The notes beneath the pieces were generated by a model. It made no database searches and was not told where the DNA came from. It was given only the letters and a program-made list of their open reading frames with translations. This document shows positions 9,251 through 18,649 of a DNA stretch of 64,000 nt, one piece after another (the stretch's first letter is position 1; every line of letters begins with the position of its first letter). Source of the DNA: Gammaproteobacteria bacterium (GTDB lineage: Bacteria; Pseudomonadota; Gammaproteobacteria; Pseudomonadales; Pseudohongiellaceae). The position numbers and the translations under genes were made by a program. The stretch is taken from positions 50,358 through 114,357 of the forward strand of contig JAJFKE010000026.1 in assembly GCA_021773355.1 (NCBI GenBank), given 5' to 3'.

Positions 9251-9757
9251 TTATTTTACAAGTTGAGAAGATAAAGCTTTTAAGCGCTCGGACCATTGCT
9301 GCTTGATTTCTTCGCGGTAATGGGCGAGGGCCTCATCAATTTGCAGCGAAAGCTTTAGCTTGGTTTTTTGCTCATCCGGTTCTAAGCTCAGACTGATTTT
9401 AGTTTTATTCACATTCTCTTTTGCACTTTCCTGCCAGCTAAAACTCAAGCGCTTGGGTCGATCTATCTGCAGATACTCGCCGTCGTGTACAACTTTTTTA
9501 CCATTGCGTTGAATGCTGTAGCTGTAGGAGCCGCCGGGACGCACTTCGTTTTTCAAGTCGAGTATCTTTTCATTGCCTAAATGAGAGCCGAACATCCAGT
9601 TGCCAACAAAAGTTGGTATTAGCCAGCGATCGAATATTTTTTCTGCCGGTGCCGCGATGGTTCTGCTAAGCGACATGCTAAACGACTTTGATTTGGCGGC
9701 AGGCTTGCCACTAATCTGCTTGTCTGCTTCAAACATGGATAATTGCTTAGCGCTCAT
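9251..9757 (-). CDS. SRPBCC-superfamily protein (AHSA1/START-like)
   Basis: The C-terminal ~135 aa resemble Aha1-like SRPBCC proteins (IAAPAEKIFDRWLIPTFVGNWMFG). Its ATG lies 1 nt after the stop of the upstream cytochrome c gene (TAAcATG). Confidence 0.55.
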   Translation of the reverse strand: MSAKQLSMFEADKQISGKPAAKSKSFSMSLSRTIAAPAEKIFDRWLIPTFVGNWMFGSHLGNEKILDLKNEVRPGGSYSYSIQRNGKKVVHDGEYLQIDRPKRLSFSWQESAKENVNKTKISLSLEPDEQKTKLKLSLQIDEALAHYREEIKQQWSERLKALSSQLVK

Positions 9758-9758
9758 G

Positions 9759-10154
9759 TTAGTTTGCCGTGGAATTTGGATTGGCGGGCAGAAGGTGCGC
9801 AGGCAATGCCGGGCGGCGAGAGGCGGTTTTTTGTCCGTAGTTCTCGGCCAGGTAGTCCAGTATGGTGGCCTCCAGAGTGGCTTCCAATTCTCCTAGTCCC
9901 TGCGTTTCCTGCATCCATAGAATGCGGCTCTTCCAAACCTCTCGCGTGCCCGAATTCTGCGTAATGATTTGCGTGCTGTGGCACTCGGTACAATTTTCCT
10001 GCACCAGTTGCCAGCCTTCCCGCTTGACTAGGTCATCAGGCTGGCTAGCTTCCTGAGCGGTAGAGGTTTGTAAAGGGGAATGCAGCGAAAATACGGCTAT
10101 TATTGCAGCCAATACAAAGACCTTGTTGGCGGTAGATTTCAAGTTCTTATCCAT
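9759..10154 (-). CDS. monohaem c-type cytochrome, probable electron acceptor of the adjacent molybdoenzyme (SorB-like)
   Basis: Signal peptide and a single CTECH haem-binding motif. It lies immediately downstream of a sulfite-oxidase-family gene. Confidence 0.65.
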   Translation of the reverse strand: MDKNLKSTANKVFVLAAIIAVFSLHSPLQTSTAQEASQPDDLVKREGWQLVQENCTECHSTQIITQNSGTREVWKSRILWMQETQGLGELEATLEATILDYLAENYGQKTASRRPALPAHLLPANPNSTAN

Positions 10155-10221
10155 GCTTTTTCAATCAAGTGGTTGCTTATTGTGCCTTAAAAAATTTTAA
10201 ATCAGCTATCCGTATTTTTGT

Positions 10222-11535
10222 TTACACTACTTGCACCGCTACCCGATGACAGGCGTTATTCAAATAACCTCGTGGATTCCAACCGGGCACTACCATTGGT
10301 TGCGAACGCCCTTGTAAGTCCATGGCTCTGGCCCAGACTTCGTAGTAACCGGCTTGAGGAAACTGCACCCATGTTTCCCAGTTCTGCCAGGCTAACCGAT
10401 TAGCTGCGCCCTCCAGGGCCGACGGCAGCCAGGTGGCACCGAAGTCGATTGAAATAAACACACCGGCAACCTGAGTATCTCCTGCCCAGGCATGGCCTCT
10501 TACGGTTAGTCGTTCTCTAATATTTTGCGTAATTCCAGACTGGGGGTAGCTGATCAGTGACTTCACCGGCATCGATTCAATAATGCGCATGTCTTCGTTG
10601 GCAACTCGAGTTCCTGCAGCGACCGGAGCAACTGGCACTGAATAGGATGGAGCCGCCATTTTTTCACCGTCGTGTATCTGGTTGCGCACAACGATTTTAT
10701 TTAACCATTTGCCAGATACAGATGCGGGCCAGCCTGCGCAAACCAAGCGCAGCGGAAATCCGTTCTGCAAAGGAATGTCTTCACCATTCATTGACCAGGC
10801 AATTAGTGATTCGCGCTCTAATGCCTTGGCAATAGGAACGCCGCGGGAAATTGCGTCCAGGTCGGGGTCGCCACTGAGATGTGTGTCCGCCCCGTAGTAG
10901 CCAATATATTCAGCGTCAGAGAGTACACCACAGTAGTTCAATACATCTCTGAGCCGAACTCCGCTGAAGCTGGGACATCCGACGGCGCCCGTGGTCCATT
11001 GATTGCCGCTGGCTCCTGGTACAAATTCACTACGCCCATTTCCCCCACACTCCAGTTGCAATTGCAGCGTCACCTCTTCGAAACGCTGTTTAAGATCGGC
11101 GATGCTAAAACTTGTAGGTCGCTCAACCGACTCTCCGCCGATTTCCAGTTGCCAGGTTTCCGGGTTTACATTTTCCGGTGCCACGCCGTTGTTTCGAATA
11201 AACATATAACGATTCGGTGTGACCTGATCATCGAGAAGATGTGCGGGAGTCTCGGCGTTGATCGGGCGGTCATTCAGTACGATAAGCCCTTCCTTTCCTG
11301 CAATTTCAAAGGGCGAGCTCTCCGCCGCGAAGGCCGCAGGGATGAGACCTGCCGGCATAAAGCGTGAAAAGGGAATCCCCATGCCCAGAGCCGTGCTCAT
11401 CGCCAGCAGACCGCTATTCTTCAGAAAACCGCGCCTGCTCACAGGATCACTTTTGCGACCCCAAAGCACCCTATCCGCAGCTATCGGGTCTTTTTCATAG
11501 AGGCTGTCGATTCCTTGTTTGTCGCTGTTTCTCAT
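10222..11535 (-). CDS. periplasmic sulfite-oxidase-family molybdopterin oxidoreductase (SorA-like sulfite dehydrogenase)
   Basis: Tat signal SRRGFLKNSGLLAMSTALG. Moco-cysteine motif LECGGNGRSEF (compare the CAGNRR motif of sulfite oxidases). 437 aa including a C-terminal dimerisation-type domain. Confidence 0.8.
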   Translation of the reverse strand: MRNSDKQGIDSLYEKDPIAADRVLWGRKSDPVSRRGFLKNSGLLAMSTALGMGIPFSRFMPAGLIPAAFAAESSPFEIAGKEGLIVLNDRPINAETPAHLLDDQVTPNRYMFIRNNGVAPENVNPETWQLEIGGESVERPTSFSIADLKQRFEEVTLQLQLECGGNGRSEFVPGASGNQWTTGAVGCPSFSGVRLRDVLNYCGVLSDAEYIGYYGADTHLSGDPDLDAISRGVPIAKALERESLIAWSMNGEDIPLQNGFPLRLVCAGWPASVSGKWLNKIVVRNQIHDGEKMAAPSYSVPVAPVAAGTRVANEDMRIIESMPVKSLISYPQSGITQNIRERLTVRGHAWAGDTQVAGVFISIDFGATWLPSALEGAANRLAWQNWETWVQFPQAGYYEVWARAMDLQGRSQPMVVPGWNPRGYLNNACHRVAVQVV

Positions 11536-11551
11536 AATTTTGCTCTTTCGG

Positions 11552-12604
11552 CTATTTGGCCTGTTCGGCTTCGTCTAATCTGGCGCCGGCCAGCACGCCG
11601 GGGAGAGAATAATTTCCTTCATGGCAGGCATATTCATAGAGGATGTCATTGGTTAAATTCATTGGAATTTCCGCCGAGAAGGACTGCACGAAGGTATCCG
11701 AATCCTCAGCAGTAAAGCTGTAATTCATCACCGTCTCTGACACTCGGGTAAATCGTTCGGTGATACGAAAAGCTTCAGATGAATTTCGGAACTTTTGGTT
11801 TGGGTTAAACTTGTCGGTTACTACGACCAGGGTGTCACCTTCCCAGTGACCCATTGAGTCGCCCATCCATGGTCTGAATACTGAGGGTAGTGGTTCGTCA
11901 TCTATGCGAATTATGCGCACATCGTGAACCATCTCAACCAGAATCATTACGTAACCGGGAGATTGCACGATCTGGTAATGGTTGTTGTATAGAATGGGCA
12001 GCATGGGAGGGCCGCTACTGGATCCAAATGACATTAGACAACGCTCTGCGAGCGGGCGGCTTTCGGGGCCAGCGAAGGCGCCTCGCTGTTCTCTAAGCTG
12101 CTGTTCCATTTGCAGTCGTTGTTCAGCGGCTGCAGTGTAAGCTGGCATACGACCGTCAGGCGGATCAATTAATAGAGAACTGCGGAATTCTCCGTTGTAA
12201 CGCGCTACTCGAGTACCATCATCGAACCAGAAATTGTTATAGCTGTCTGCCAGTTCAATACGTCCCTTGTTAGGTGCTTCACGATCAGGGTCGCTGGGCT
12301 GATCCTGTTCCGCCGTATAGGCTGCGACCGCTTGTTCCAGACCCATGGCTTCCTCGCGATTCAATACCAACTTATCACCGAATTCCTCAGGCCGGGAGAA
12401 GGGAGTGATAGTGTTACTGGTCCACATTCCCTGTAAATCGGGTACACCGTCTGCTGTTTTTGCTACCCGGTAGTTGCTCTCCTGCGCGTTGCTGACCGAT
12501 GGGGTCAGCGCTGCGAGTGAAACAGCAGCTGCGCTGGCAAGCAGTAAGGACGCAGCAAGTCTCAAAGTGGAAGGGAAAGAATTGGAATTCGTGCTTGTTT
12601 TCAT
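11552..12604 (-). CDS. exported conserved hypothetical protein with C-terminal YEYACHEGN motif
   Basis: Signal peptide (LLLASAAAVSLAALTPSVSNAQ) when started at ATG 12604; the ORF-track start at 12703 adds a non-signal extension. Contains PDLQGMW near the mature N-terminus. No enzyme family recognised. Confidence 0.5.
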   Translation of the reverse strand: MKTSTNSNSFPSTLRLAASLLLASAAAVSLAALTPSVSNAQESNYRVAKTADGVPDLQGMWTSNTITPFSRPEEFGDKLVLNREEAMGLEQAVAAYTAEQDQPSDPDREAPNKGRIELADSYNNFWFDDGTRVARYNGEFRSSLLIDPPDGRMPAYTAAAEQRLQMEQQLREQRGAFAGPESRPLAERCLMSFGSSSGPPMLPILYNNHYQIVQSPGYVMILVEMVHDVRIIRIDDEPLPSVFRPWMGDSMGHWEGDTLVVVTDKFNPNQKFRNSSEAFRITERFTRVSETVMNYSFTAEDSDTFVQSFSAEIPMNLTNDILYEYACHEGNYSLPGVLAGARLDEAEQAK

Positions 12605-12746
12605 TTTTATGCTCGGTTTTGGGCTTCTAAGTGGATTCGAGGATGCCCGAGCTAGAGTCTCAGCGCGTCCAACAAGACCTTTGAGGTTATCAAAAATGAA
12701 CAAGCAACTCCACGCGATTCATACAGAATATTAGTTCATTGCGGAG

Positions 12747-13511
12747 CTACCGGGGTTTGGTCAATTTCAATAAAAAGCGATCGGTGCTGCGGTTGAGTCT
12801 GGGGTCGAATATGCTGCGGCTGTGATCGTCCCCTGCAACCCGCAATAGATCACTGAATTCAACTGCAAAACCGGCTTGCTCCGCCAGTGCTATCGCTTGT
12901 TGAATTTCCATTCGATGCAAATCCCGATTATCCCGTCCGGCCACTCCTACGTGGTCGGTGATGCCAATAACGGCGCCGGGTTTTAGTAGAGCTTTGAGTT
13001 GCAGCAGCATCTCCAGAGCTCTTTCAGGATTGGGGTTGTAATAGTCGTGCAAAGTCTGGGCTACTATCACCAGATCCAGCGAATTCTCGGTCAAGCCTAT
13101 GTCGCGTAGTGGGCGAATAATTTGTGTGACATTAGTCAGGCCGCCATTTTCAATCTTGGCGTTGAGCGCTTCTCCCTGCGTAATATTCTGTCGGTTTTCC
13201 ACAAAGCGCAGACCCCGGGGCGTGTTTTGAGCGTAGACGGTACCGTTCTCTCCCACCGCCTTGGACAGGATGAAAGTGTAGTAGCCGCCGGCAGCGTAGA
13301 GGTCCAGCACCGTCATGCCGGGCCTAAGGCCAAGAAATTCTAATACTTCGACTGGCTTTCTGGCAGCGTCTCTGGCGAAATCTGTTACTTCCCTGTCGGG
13401 ACCTGATAGGGTTCGCAGCAAGGCTTGTCTATCAAAGCTCGGCTCCTGTGCGCTTGCTGCAATGCTTGTGGATAAAACCAATATGCAAAGAGTAATGCCT
13501 AGCTTTTTCAC
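12747..13511 (-). CDS. class I SAM-dependent methyltransferase-fold protein carrying an N-terminal signal peptide
   Basis: MKKLGITLCILVLSTSIAASAQ signal. Motif-I-like VLDLYAAGGYYT, then LKPGAVIGITDH in the post-motif region. Confidence 0.65.
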   Translation of the reverse strand: MKKLGITLCILVLSTSIAASAQEPSFDRQALLRTLSGPDREVTDFARDAARKPVEVLEFLGLRPGMTVLDLYAAGGYYTFILSKAVGENGTVYAQNTPRGLRFVENRQNITQGEALNAKIENGGLTNVTQIIRPLRDIGLTENSLDLVIVAQTLHDYYNPNPERALEMLLQLKALLKPGAVIGITDHVGVAGRDNRDLHRMEIQQAIALAEQAGFAVEFSDLLRVAGDDHSRSIFDPRLNRSTDRFLLKLTKPR

Positions 13512-13547
13512 TTTGGTTTTCTCCTAGGGGAAATGAAAATTTAGAGA

Positions 13548-13985
13548 TCAGGCGCTTAGGCCTATACCTCTGGCCATTAACATAGCTAGCAGGGGGATTA
13601 GCAGCAACAGGACTACTTGGAATTTAAGAAGCAATCTTAGCACTGAAGGGACTTCTATGGGTTCCGCTTCTCCACGTCTGTGCTTGAAAAAAAATTGTGC
13701 GGGATAGATGGAACAGACCACCATTAGAACAAATAAGCCAAGCTTGATATGGAAGATCGGGTTGGCGCTATAGAATTCGCTAGGCTTACCTACCCACAAC
13801 CAGAGAGTTAGTCCGAATGCGAGAACCAGAACCGCGCTGAGACCACAGACGCTATCGACCCTGGCCAAATTACGCGCATCTTCTCCGCTAATCTGAGCCT
13901 TTGTCGCTATATTCTCAATCAGCAGACCACCCGCTAGAAAGAATATTGCAGCGAAGTGCAGAATACGAATTAGTTCATAATACAT
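13548..13985 (-). CDS. small 4-TM membrane protein (HemJ/CopD-like size and topology; possibly DUF2214)
   Basis: 145 aa with four hydrophobic segments and a conserved-looking His in TM1 (IRILHFAAIFF). It is the first gene of the co-directional cluster. Confidence 0.45.
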   Translation of the reverse strand: MYYELIRILHFAAIFFLAGGLLIENIATKAQISGEDARNLARVDSVCGLSAVLVLAFGLTLWLWVGKPSEFYSANPIFHIKLGLFVLMVVCSIYPAQFFFKHRRGEAEPIEVPSVLRLLLKFQVVLLLLIPLLAMLMARGIGLSA

Positions 13986-14121
13986 CGGCCCAATGATACT
14001 GGATTTAGGGACATTGGACTCATTTTTATGGGGCCACCTGGTAAATCCTGCTATGCTGCGGAGCCATTACCTGTAAAACGGGTCACCAATAATAAAAACG
14101 GTTTTTAAAACTGGAGGCACC

Positions 14122-15486
14122 ATGACTGCTGATACATCCCCATCTGCTGCAGGTTTTGAGAATGAAGCGCAGCTACAAGCCAATATGCGCAAGGTCGCGC
14201 TTACTGCCTTAGCAGGCACCAGTATTGAATGGTATGACTTCTTTCTCTACGCCACCGCCGCTGCCTTGGTATTTCCCTCCGCGTTTTTTCCTGACAGTAG
14301 CCCCACTATGGGTCTGATTCTTTCTTTTGGAACCTTTGCTTTCGGATTTATAGCGAGACCCTTGGGTGGAATTCTATTTGGTCATTTTGGTGATCGTGTA
14401 GGCAGAAAACGCACGCTGGTTATCGCATTGATGATGATGGGTATAGCCTCTACCTTAATAGGTCTATTGCCGACCTTCGCTACCATCGGTATCGCTGCGC
14501 CAATTCTTCTTAGCCTGCTACGTTTTACCCAAGGGCTTGCTATTGGTGGTCAGTGGGGAGGTGCGATGCTATTGGTTACGGAGAGTGCCCCTGCTGATAA
14601 GCGAGGCTACTACGGCGCCTATGCGCAGGCTGGAGCTCCGGTAGGCGTTATCCTGGCCAATATTGCATTTATGCTAATCAGCTATACAGTTTCTGAAGAC
14701 GCCTTCATGTCATGGGGTTGGCGTATTCCATTCATCTCCAGCGTTGTACTGATTGGTATTAGCATGTACGTGCAATTACACATGGAAGATACAGTTGCCT
14801 TCAAGGAATTGCAGGCCTTCAGAGAGAAACAAGAGGCTGAGTCTCCGGAACAGGCACCGGTCAGACGATCTCCGGTTTTGGAAGCGATTGCCAAGTATCC
14901 GAAACGCATCGCATTGGCGGCGGGGGCGTTTCTTTCGATACAGGTGACGTTCTACATCCTGATAGGCTTTGTATTAGCTTATGGGACAGATGCCAATGGC
15001 GCAGGGATGACCAGAGATGAAATGTTATTCGCGGTTCTTTTGGCATCAGCTTTACAGATACCAAGCCAGTTTCTGGCTGCTGCCTATTCTGATCGTAACG
15101 GCCGGCGCGGAATTTTCATGTTAGGTGCTATTCTCACCGGTGTCTGGGCGTTTGCTTTATTCCCGTTAATTGATACCGGGAATTTCTGGTTAATCGTAGT
15201 GGGAATAAGCGGCGGCTTGATGTTTCTCGGGATGATGTACGGACCGCAAGCTGCATTCTTTACTGAGTTATTCAGTACCGAGGTTCGCTACTCCGGAGCT
15301 TCCTTAGGCTATCAGGTAGGCGCTATTCTTGGTGGTGCATTTGCACCGACCATAGCAACTATATTATGGCTCGAGTACGACATAATCTGGGTATCGGTAT
15401 ATATAGCCATCGCTTCTGTGTTGTCTTTAATAGCCGTCTTGATGCTGACGGAAACCTACAAGACCAGTTTGCACGATACAGACTAA
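14122..15486 (+). CDS. MFS transporter, metabolite:H+ symporter (MHS) family
   Basis: 12-TM protein. SIEWYDFFLYATAAALVF and GHFGDRVGRKRTL signatures are typical of ProP/KgtP/ShiA-type MHS carriers. Confidence 0.85.
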   Translation: MTADTSPSAAGFENEAQLQANMRKVALTALAGTSIEWYDFFLYATAAALVFPSAFFPDSSPTMGLILSFGTFAFGFIARPLGGILFGHFGDRVGRKRTLVIALMMMGIASTLIGLLPTFATIGIAAPILLSLLRFTQGLAIGGQWGGAMLLVTESAPADKRGYYGAYAQAGAPVGVILANIAFMLISYTVSEDAFMSWGWRIPFISSVVLIGISMYVQLHMEDTVAFKELQAFREKQEAESPEQAPVRRSPVLEAIAKYPKRIALAAGAFLSIQVTFYILIGFVLAYGTDANGAGMTRDEMLFAVLLASALQIPSQFLAAAYSDRNGRRGIFMLGAILTGVWAFALFPLIDTGNFWLIVVGISGGLMFLGMMYGPQAAFFTELFSTEVRYSGASLGYQVGAILGGAFAPTIATILWLEYDIIWVSVYIAIASVLSLIAVLMLTETYKTSLHDTD

Positions 15487-15525
15487 TCCTTTGGCTAGCT
15501 CAACCTGGAAGGGTTGTGGTTCTGT

Positions 15526-15555
15526 ATCATCGCCAGCGTCTTTGCTGGCGATGAT
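15526..15555. terminator. 12-bp-stem hairpin between convergent genes (no U-tract)
   Basis: atcatcgccagc-gtcttt-gctggcgatgat is a perfect stem. It lies between the MFS stop (15486) and the cysteine-synthase stop (15641). There is no T-run on either side, so intrinsic termination is uncertain. Confidence 0.35.
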
Positions 15556-15640
15556 CAAAGGCAGTCTTTAGTCATTTATGGCTGGGCCAATGCCCATGCG
15601 AGCGACTGACAGGGGCATTCCTCTCGCTTCCCTATTCGAG

Positions 15641-17146
15641 CTACTTGCGTACCCAGTTTGGCAGAAAATCGTTCCCATTTACCTTCATGTCCTGCTCATA
15701 AGTCACGCCGTTTTCATGCAGAAGTTTTTGTAGAGACCCATCGTCGTTTGCCATTAATGCCTCTGTTGCGCCTCCTATTAAGCTGCCACCCACAAAAAGC
15801 TGTGGAATCGTTGGCGATCCAATTTTGTCGAGCAAGGCCTTGCGAATCTTGACGCCCAGCTGATCCTTTTGATACAGCACCGAATCCAGATCAACTGAGA
15901 GATAGGGTATGTTCAGCGCCGTAAACATTTTTCGAACCGCCCAACAAAATTCACACCATTCGAGGGAAAACATAACTACGGGATTTTTCTTGTCGCTCAG
16001 GAAGTTGTTTAGAATTTCATCTCCCTCACCTTGCAAGGCTTCCTCAGCGACATCAGGCTTTTTTGTAGCGGGTTCCTCTGGGCGTGGCTCCGGTGGCGGA
16101 CTGTCAAATCGATAATTCGGAGTGGAATTCGCAATCCCGTTTTCTTCCTCATTCATTTCAGTGTCGATGCCTTCGAATAGCGGCGTAGTAAGATAGCGCT
16201 CGCCGGTGTCCGGTAGCATGCATAGTATGTTGCTTCCGGCTTCCGCCTGTTCGGCTATTTTTAATGCTCCGGTAAATGTTGCTCCGGCGGTAATACCGGT
16301 AAAAATTCCTTCTTTCTGCGCTAACAATCTGGAATTACGAATTGCGTCCTCACCCGCGACGGGCACTAATTGATCGATGTGCTTTCGTTCGACTGCCTGA
16401 TCGACCAGATAAGAAATAAAGTCCGGAGTCCAGCCCTGCATTGCATGAGGCCTGAAAGCAGGGTGGCTTGGAGCGATTCCAGTAGCAGGGGCGGCGGGCT
16501 GTGGGGTGTTGCTGCCTAGCAGTTGAGAATTATCTGGCTCACAGCATATGATTTTGGTTTCTGGTCTTTTTTCTTTCAAGACTTTAGCAACACCATTCAA
16601 GGTGCCACCCGTTCCGAATCCGGTAACCCAATAATCCAGGCGCTCGTCCGCAAAATCTCTAAGGATTTCAACAGCTGTAGTTCGTTCGTGCATGCGTGCA
16701 TTCGCTTCATTTTCGAACTGACGGGTCAAAAACCAACCATGGGCGTCCGCCAATTCCTTTGCTTTGGCTAACATACCGCTTCCCTTCAAATAGGCAGGGG
16801 TCAATATTACCTTTGCTCCCAGGAAGCGCATTAGCTTGCGGCGCTCCACACTGAAATTTTCAGCCATGACGATAACCAGAGGGTAGCCTTTTTGAGCACA
16901 AACCATAGCTAATCCAATACCGGTATTACCGCTGGTTGCTTCGACCACAGTTTGGCCCGGCTGTAATTCTCCGCTAGCTTCGGCGTCCTCTATTACCCCT
17001 AATGCCAGCCTGTCTTTCACCGATCCCGCTGGATTGAAAGCCTCCAATTTTACATAGAGATTGACATGTTCCGGGGCTAGTTTGTTGATTCGTACCACCG
17101 GTGTGTTGCCGATTGTCTCTAGTATGTTTTCAAATTTATTCTTCAC
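15641..17146 (-). CDS. cysteine synthase (CysK/CysM-type PLP enzyme) fused to a C-terminal glutaredoxin domain
   Basis: Residues 1-~330 carry the PLP lysine motif SVKDR, TSGNTGIGLA, and overall CysK text. A Pro/Glu-rich linker follows. The C-terminal ~110 aa carry a CEFC active site and the TIPQLFVGGSLIGG glutathione-binding signature of glutaredoxins. Confidence 0.8.
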   Translation of the reverse strand: MKNKFENILETIGNTPVVRINKLAPEHVNLYVKLEAFNPAGSVKDRLALGVIEDAEASGELQPGQTVVEATSGNTGIGLAMVCAQKGYPLVIVMAENFSVERRKLMRFLGAKVILTPAYLKGSGMLAKAKELADAHGWFLTRQFENEANARMHERTTAVEILRDFADERLDYWVTGFGTGGTLNGVAKVLKEKRPETKIICCEPDNSQLLGSNTPQPAAPATGIAPSHPAFRPHAMQGWTPDFISYLVDQAVERKHIDQLVPVAGEDAIRNSRLLAQKEGIFTGITAGATFTGALKIAEQAEAGSNILCMLPDTGERYLTTPLFEGIDTEMNEEENGIANSTPNYRFDSPPPEPRPEEPATKKPDVAEEALQGEGDEILNNFLSDKKNPVVMFSLEWCEFCWAVRKMFTALNIPYLSVDLDSVLYQKDQLGVKIRKALLDKIGSPTIPQLFVGGSLIGGATEALMANDDGSLQKLLHENGVTYEQDMKVNGNDFLPNWVRK

Positions 17147-17343
17147 AGTTTTGGTCCCTGATGTGATTTGTGTTTCTCGACTCTGCTATTTTAGCTCCAA
17201 ATCCGGTTTGTTGTCAGTGCGGCGGGCTAAATGGGCAAATTTCTGGAGTATGCCATTTTGCTGGTAGTTAGTTTGTCTTTGACTTTGAATGGAAATTGGC
17301 TTGCAATAGAGAATAATCAAAGGCAAGCAAAACGGGTATCACT

Positions 17344-18609
17344 ATGGAATTAATGAAGCGCGTACTACTACTCTGTCTGCTGCAATTCAGTGTGGCCAGC
17401 ATGGCGGCACCTCCCAGTGGTTTGGAGACCACTACTCCCGAAGATGTTGGTTTTTCTTCCGCCAGATTGGGCTTAATGAGCCAAATGTTGAGGCAGCATG
17501 TTGAGGACGGGCGCGTTGCCGGCCTGGTTGCCGGTGTGGCTCGCCACGGTAAAGTAGTTTATTTGCAAAGCATGGGTTGGAATAATATTGAACAGCAGAA
17601 CCCTATGCAAAATGATTCGATATTCCAGATCCGCTCGATGAGCAAACCAATCACTGCAGTGGCGGCCATGCAGCTGATAGAGCAGGGTAAAATGGATTTG
17701 CAAGATTCGGTGTCGAAATTCATTCCCAGCTTCGGCGACATGCAGGTATTCCTAAACCCACAGGAACCGGACTTCTCTCAAACCAGGCCGGCCAATCGCG
17801 AGATGACGATAGAAGATTTGTTATTGAACACAGCGGGCTTAAGCCATCGATTTGGTTCTCTGTATAGACAGAACGAAGTCAGATCGCGCAGCGATAGTTT
17901 GCAGCAACTGGTAGAGAAGGTAGCCGATGTGCCCCTGATTGGCGATCCTGGTGGACAGTGGGTCTATAGTATCTCGATTACTGTTCTCGGGCGCATCATC
18001 GAATTAGTGTCTGGTCAAGAGTTCGATGACTATCTGCGGCAGCACGTTTATGAGCCTCTACAAATGCCGGATACAGCATTCTTTGTACCTGCTGAAAAGA
18101 CTCTGCGTTTAGCGAGGATCTATCGCGCATCGACCGAGAACCGTGATTTAAGTCTGTTGCCTGAAATGGAAATACCGATTACCCAGGATCCTCCCTTGTT
18201 GGAAGGTGCTGCCGGCATAATGAGTACGGTGCCTGATTATTTGCGCTTTTTACAAACACTATTGAATGGCGGCGAGCTTGATGGTGTGAGAATTTTACAA
18301 GGCCAAACCGTGGACCAAATGACGCGAAACCATATTCCGGAAGCGCTTATGCCATTCGGCACCAATCCAAATAGTCCTATGCTAGATAGAGGTTGGGGTT
18401 ATGGTATGGCGGTTGTAGTGGATGAAACCAAGAGTGCTTTCGGAGTAAACAACGGCGAGTTTGGTTGGAGTGGTTCCTTGGGGACCTTCTCCTGGGCAGA
18501 TCCAGTATCGGGAACAACAGCGGTGATCATGCTGCAGATACAGCCAGCAGGGGCATACAATATCGCCTCCAAATTTAAAGCGATGGTCTATCAAAGCATG
18601 ATCGATTAG
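17344..18609 (+). CDS. exported serine hydrolase of the beta-lactamase / class C fold
   Basis: Signal peptide and an SMSK (SxxK) active-site motif in IRSMSKPITAVAAMQL. 421 aa. Confidence 0.8.
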   Translation: MELMKRVLLLCLLQFSVASMAAPPSGLETTTPEDVGFSSARLGLMSQMLRQHVEDGRVAGLVAGVARHGKVVYLQSMGWNNIEQQNPMQNDSIFQIRSMSKPITAVAAMQLIEQGKMDLQDSVSKFIPSFGDMQVFLNPQEPDFSQTRPANREMTIEDLLLNTAGLSHRFGSLYRQNEVRSRSDSLQQLVEKVADVPLIGDPGGQWVYSISITVLGRIIELVSGQEFDDYLRQHVYEPLQMPDTAFFVPAEKTLRLARIYRASTENRDLSLLPEMEIPITQDPPLLEGAAGIMSTVPDYLRFLQTLLNGGELDGVRILQGQTVDQMTRNHIPEALMPFGTNPNSPMLDRGWGYGMAVVVDETKSAFGVNNGEFGWSGSLGTFSWADPVSGTTAVIMLQIQPAGAYNIASKFKAMVYQSMID

Positions 18610-18649
18610 TCATCTGTTAGAACCAGGGCGATTACTTGAGGAGGTACGT

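Noticed and set aside
10879-11367. 162-aa plus-strand ORF antisense to the SorA-like gene.
   Set aside because: It has no motifs and lies antisense to a gene with Tat signal and Moco motif, so it is a shadow frame.
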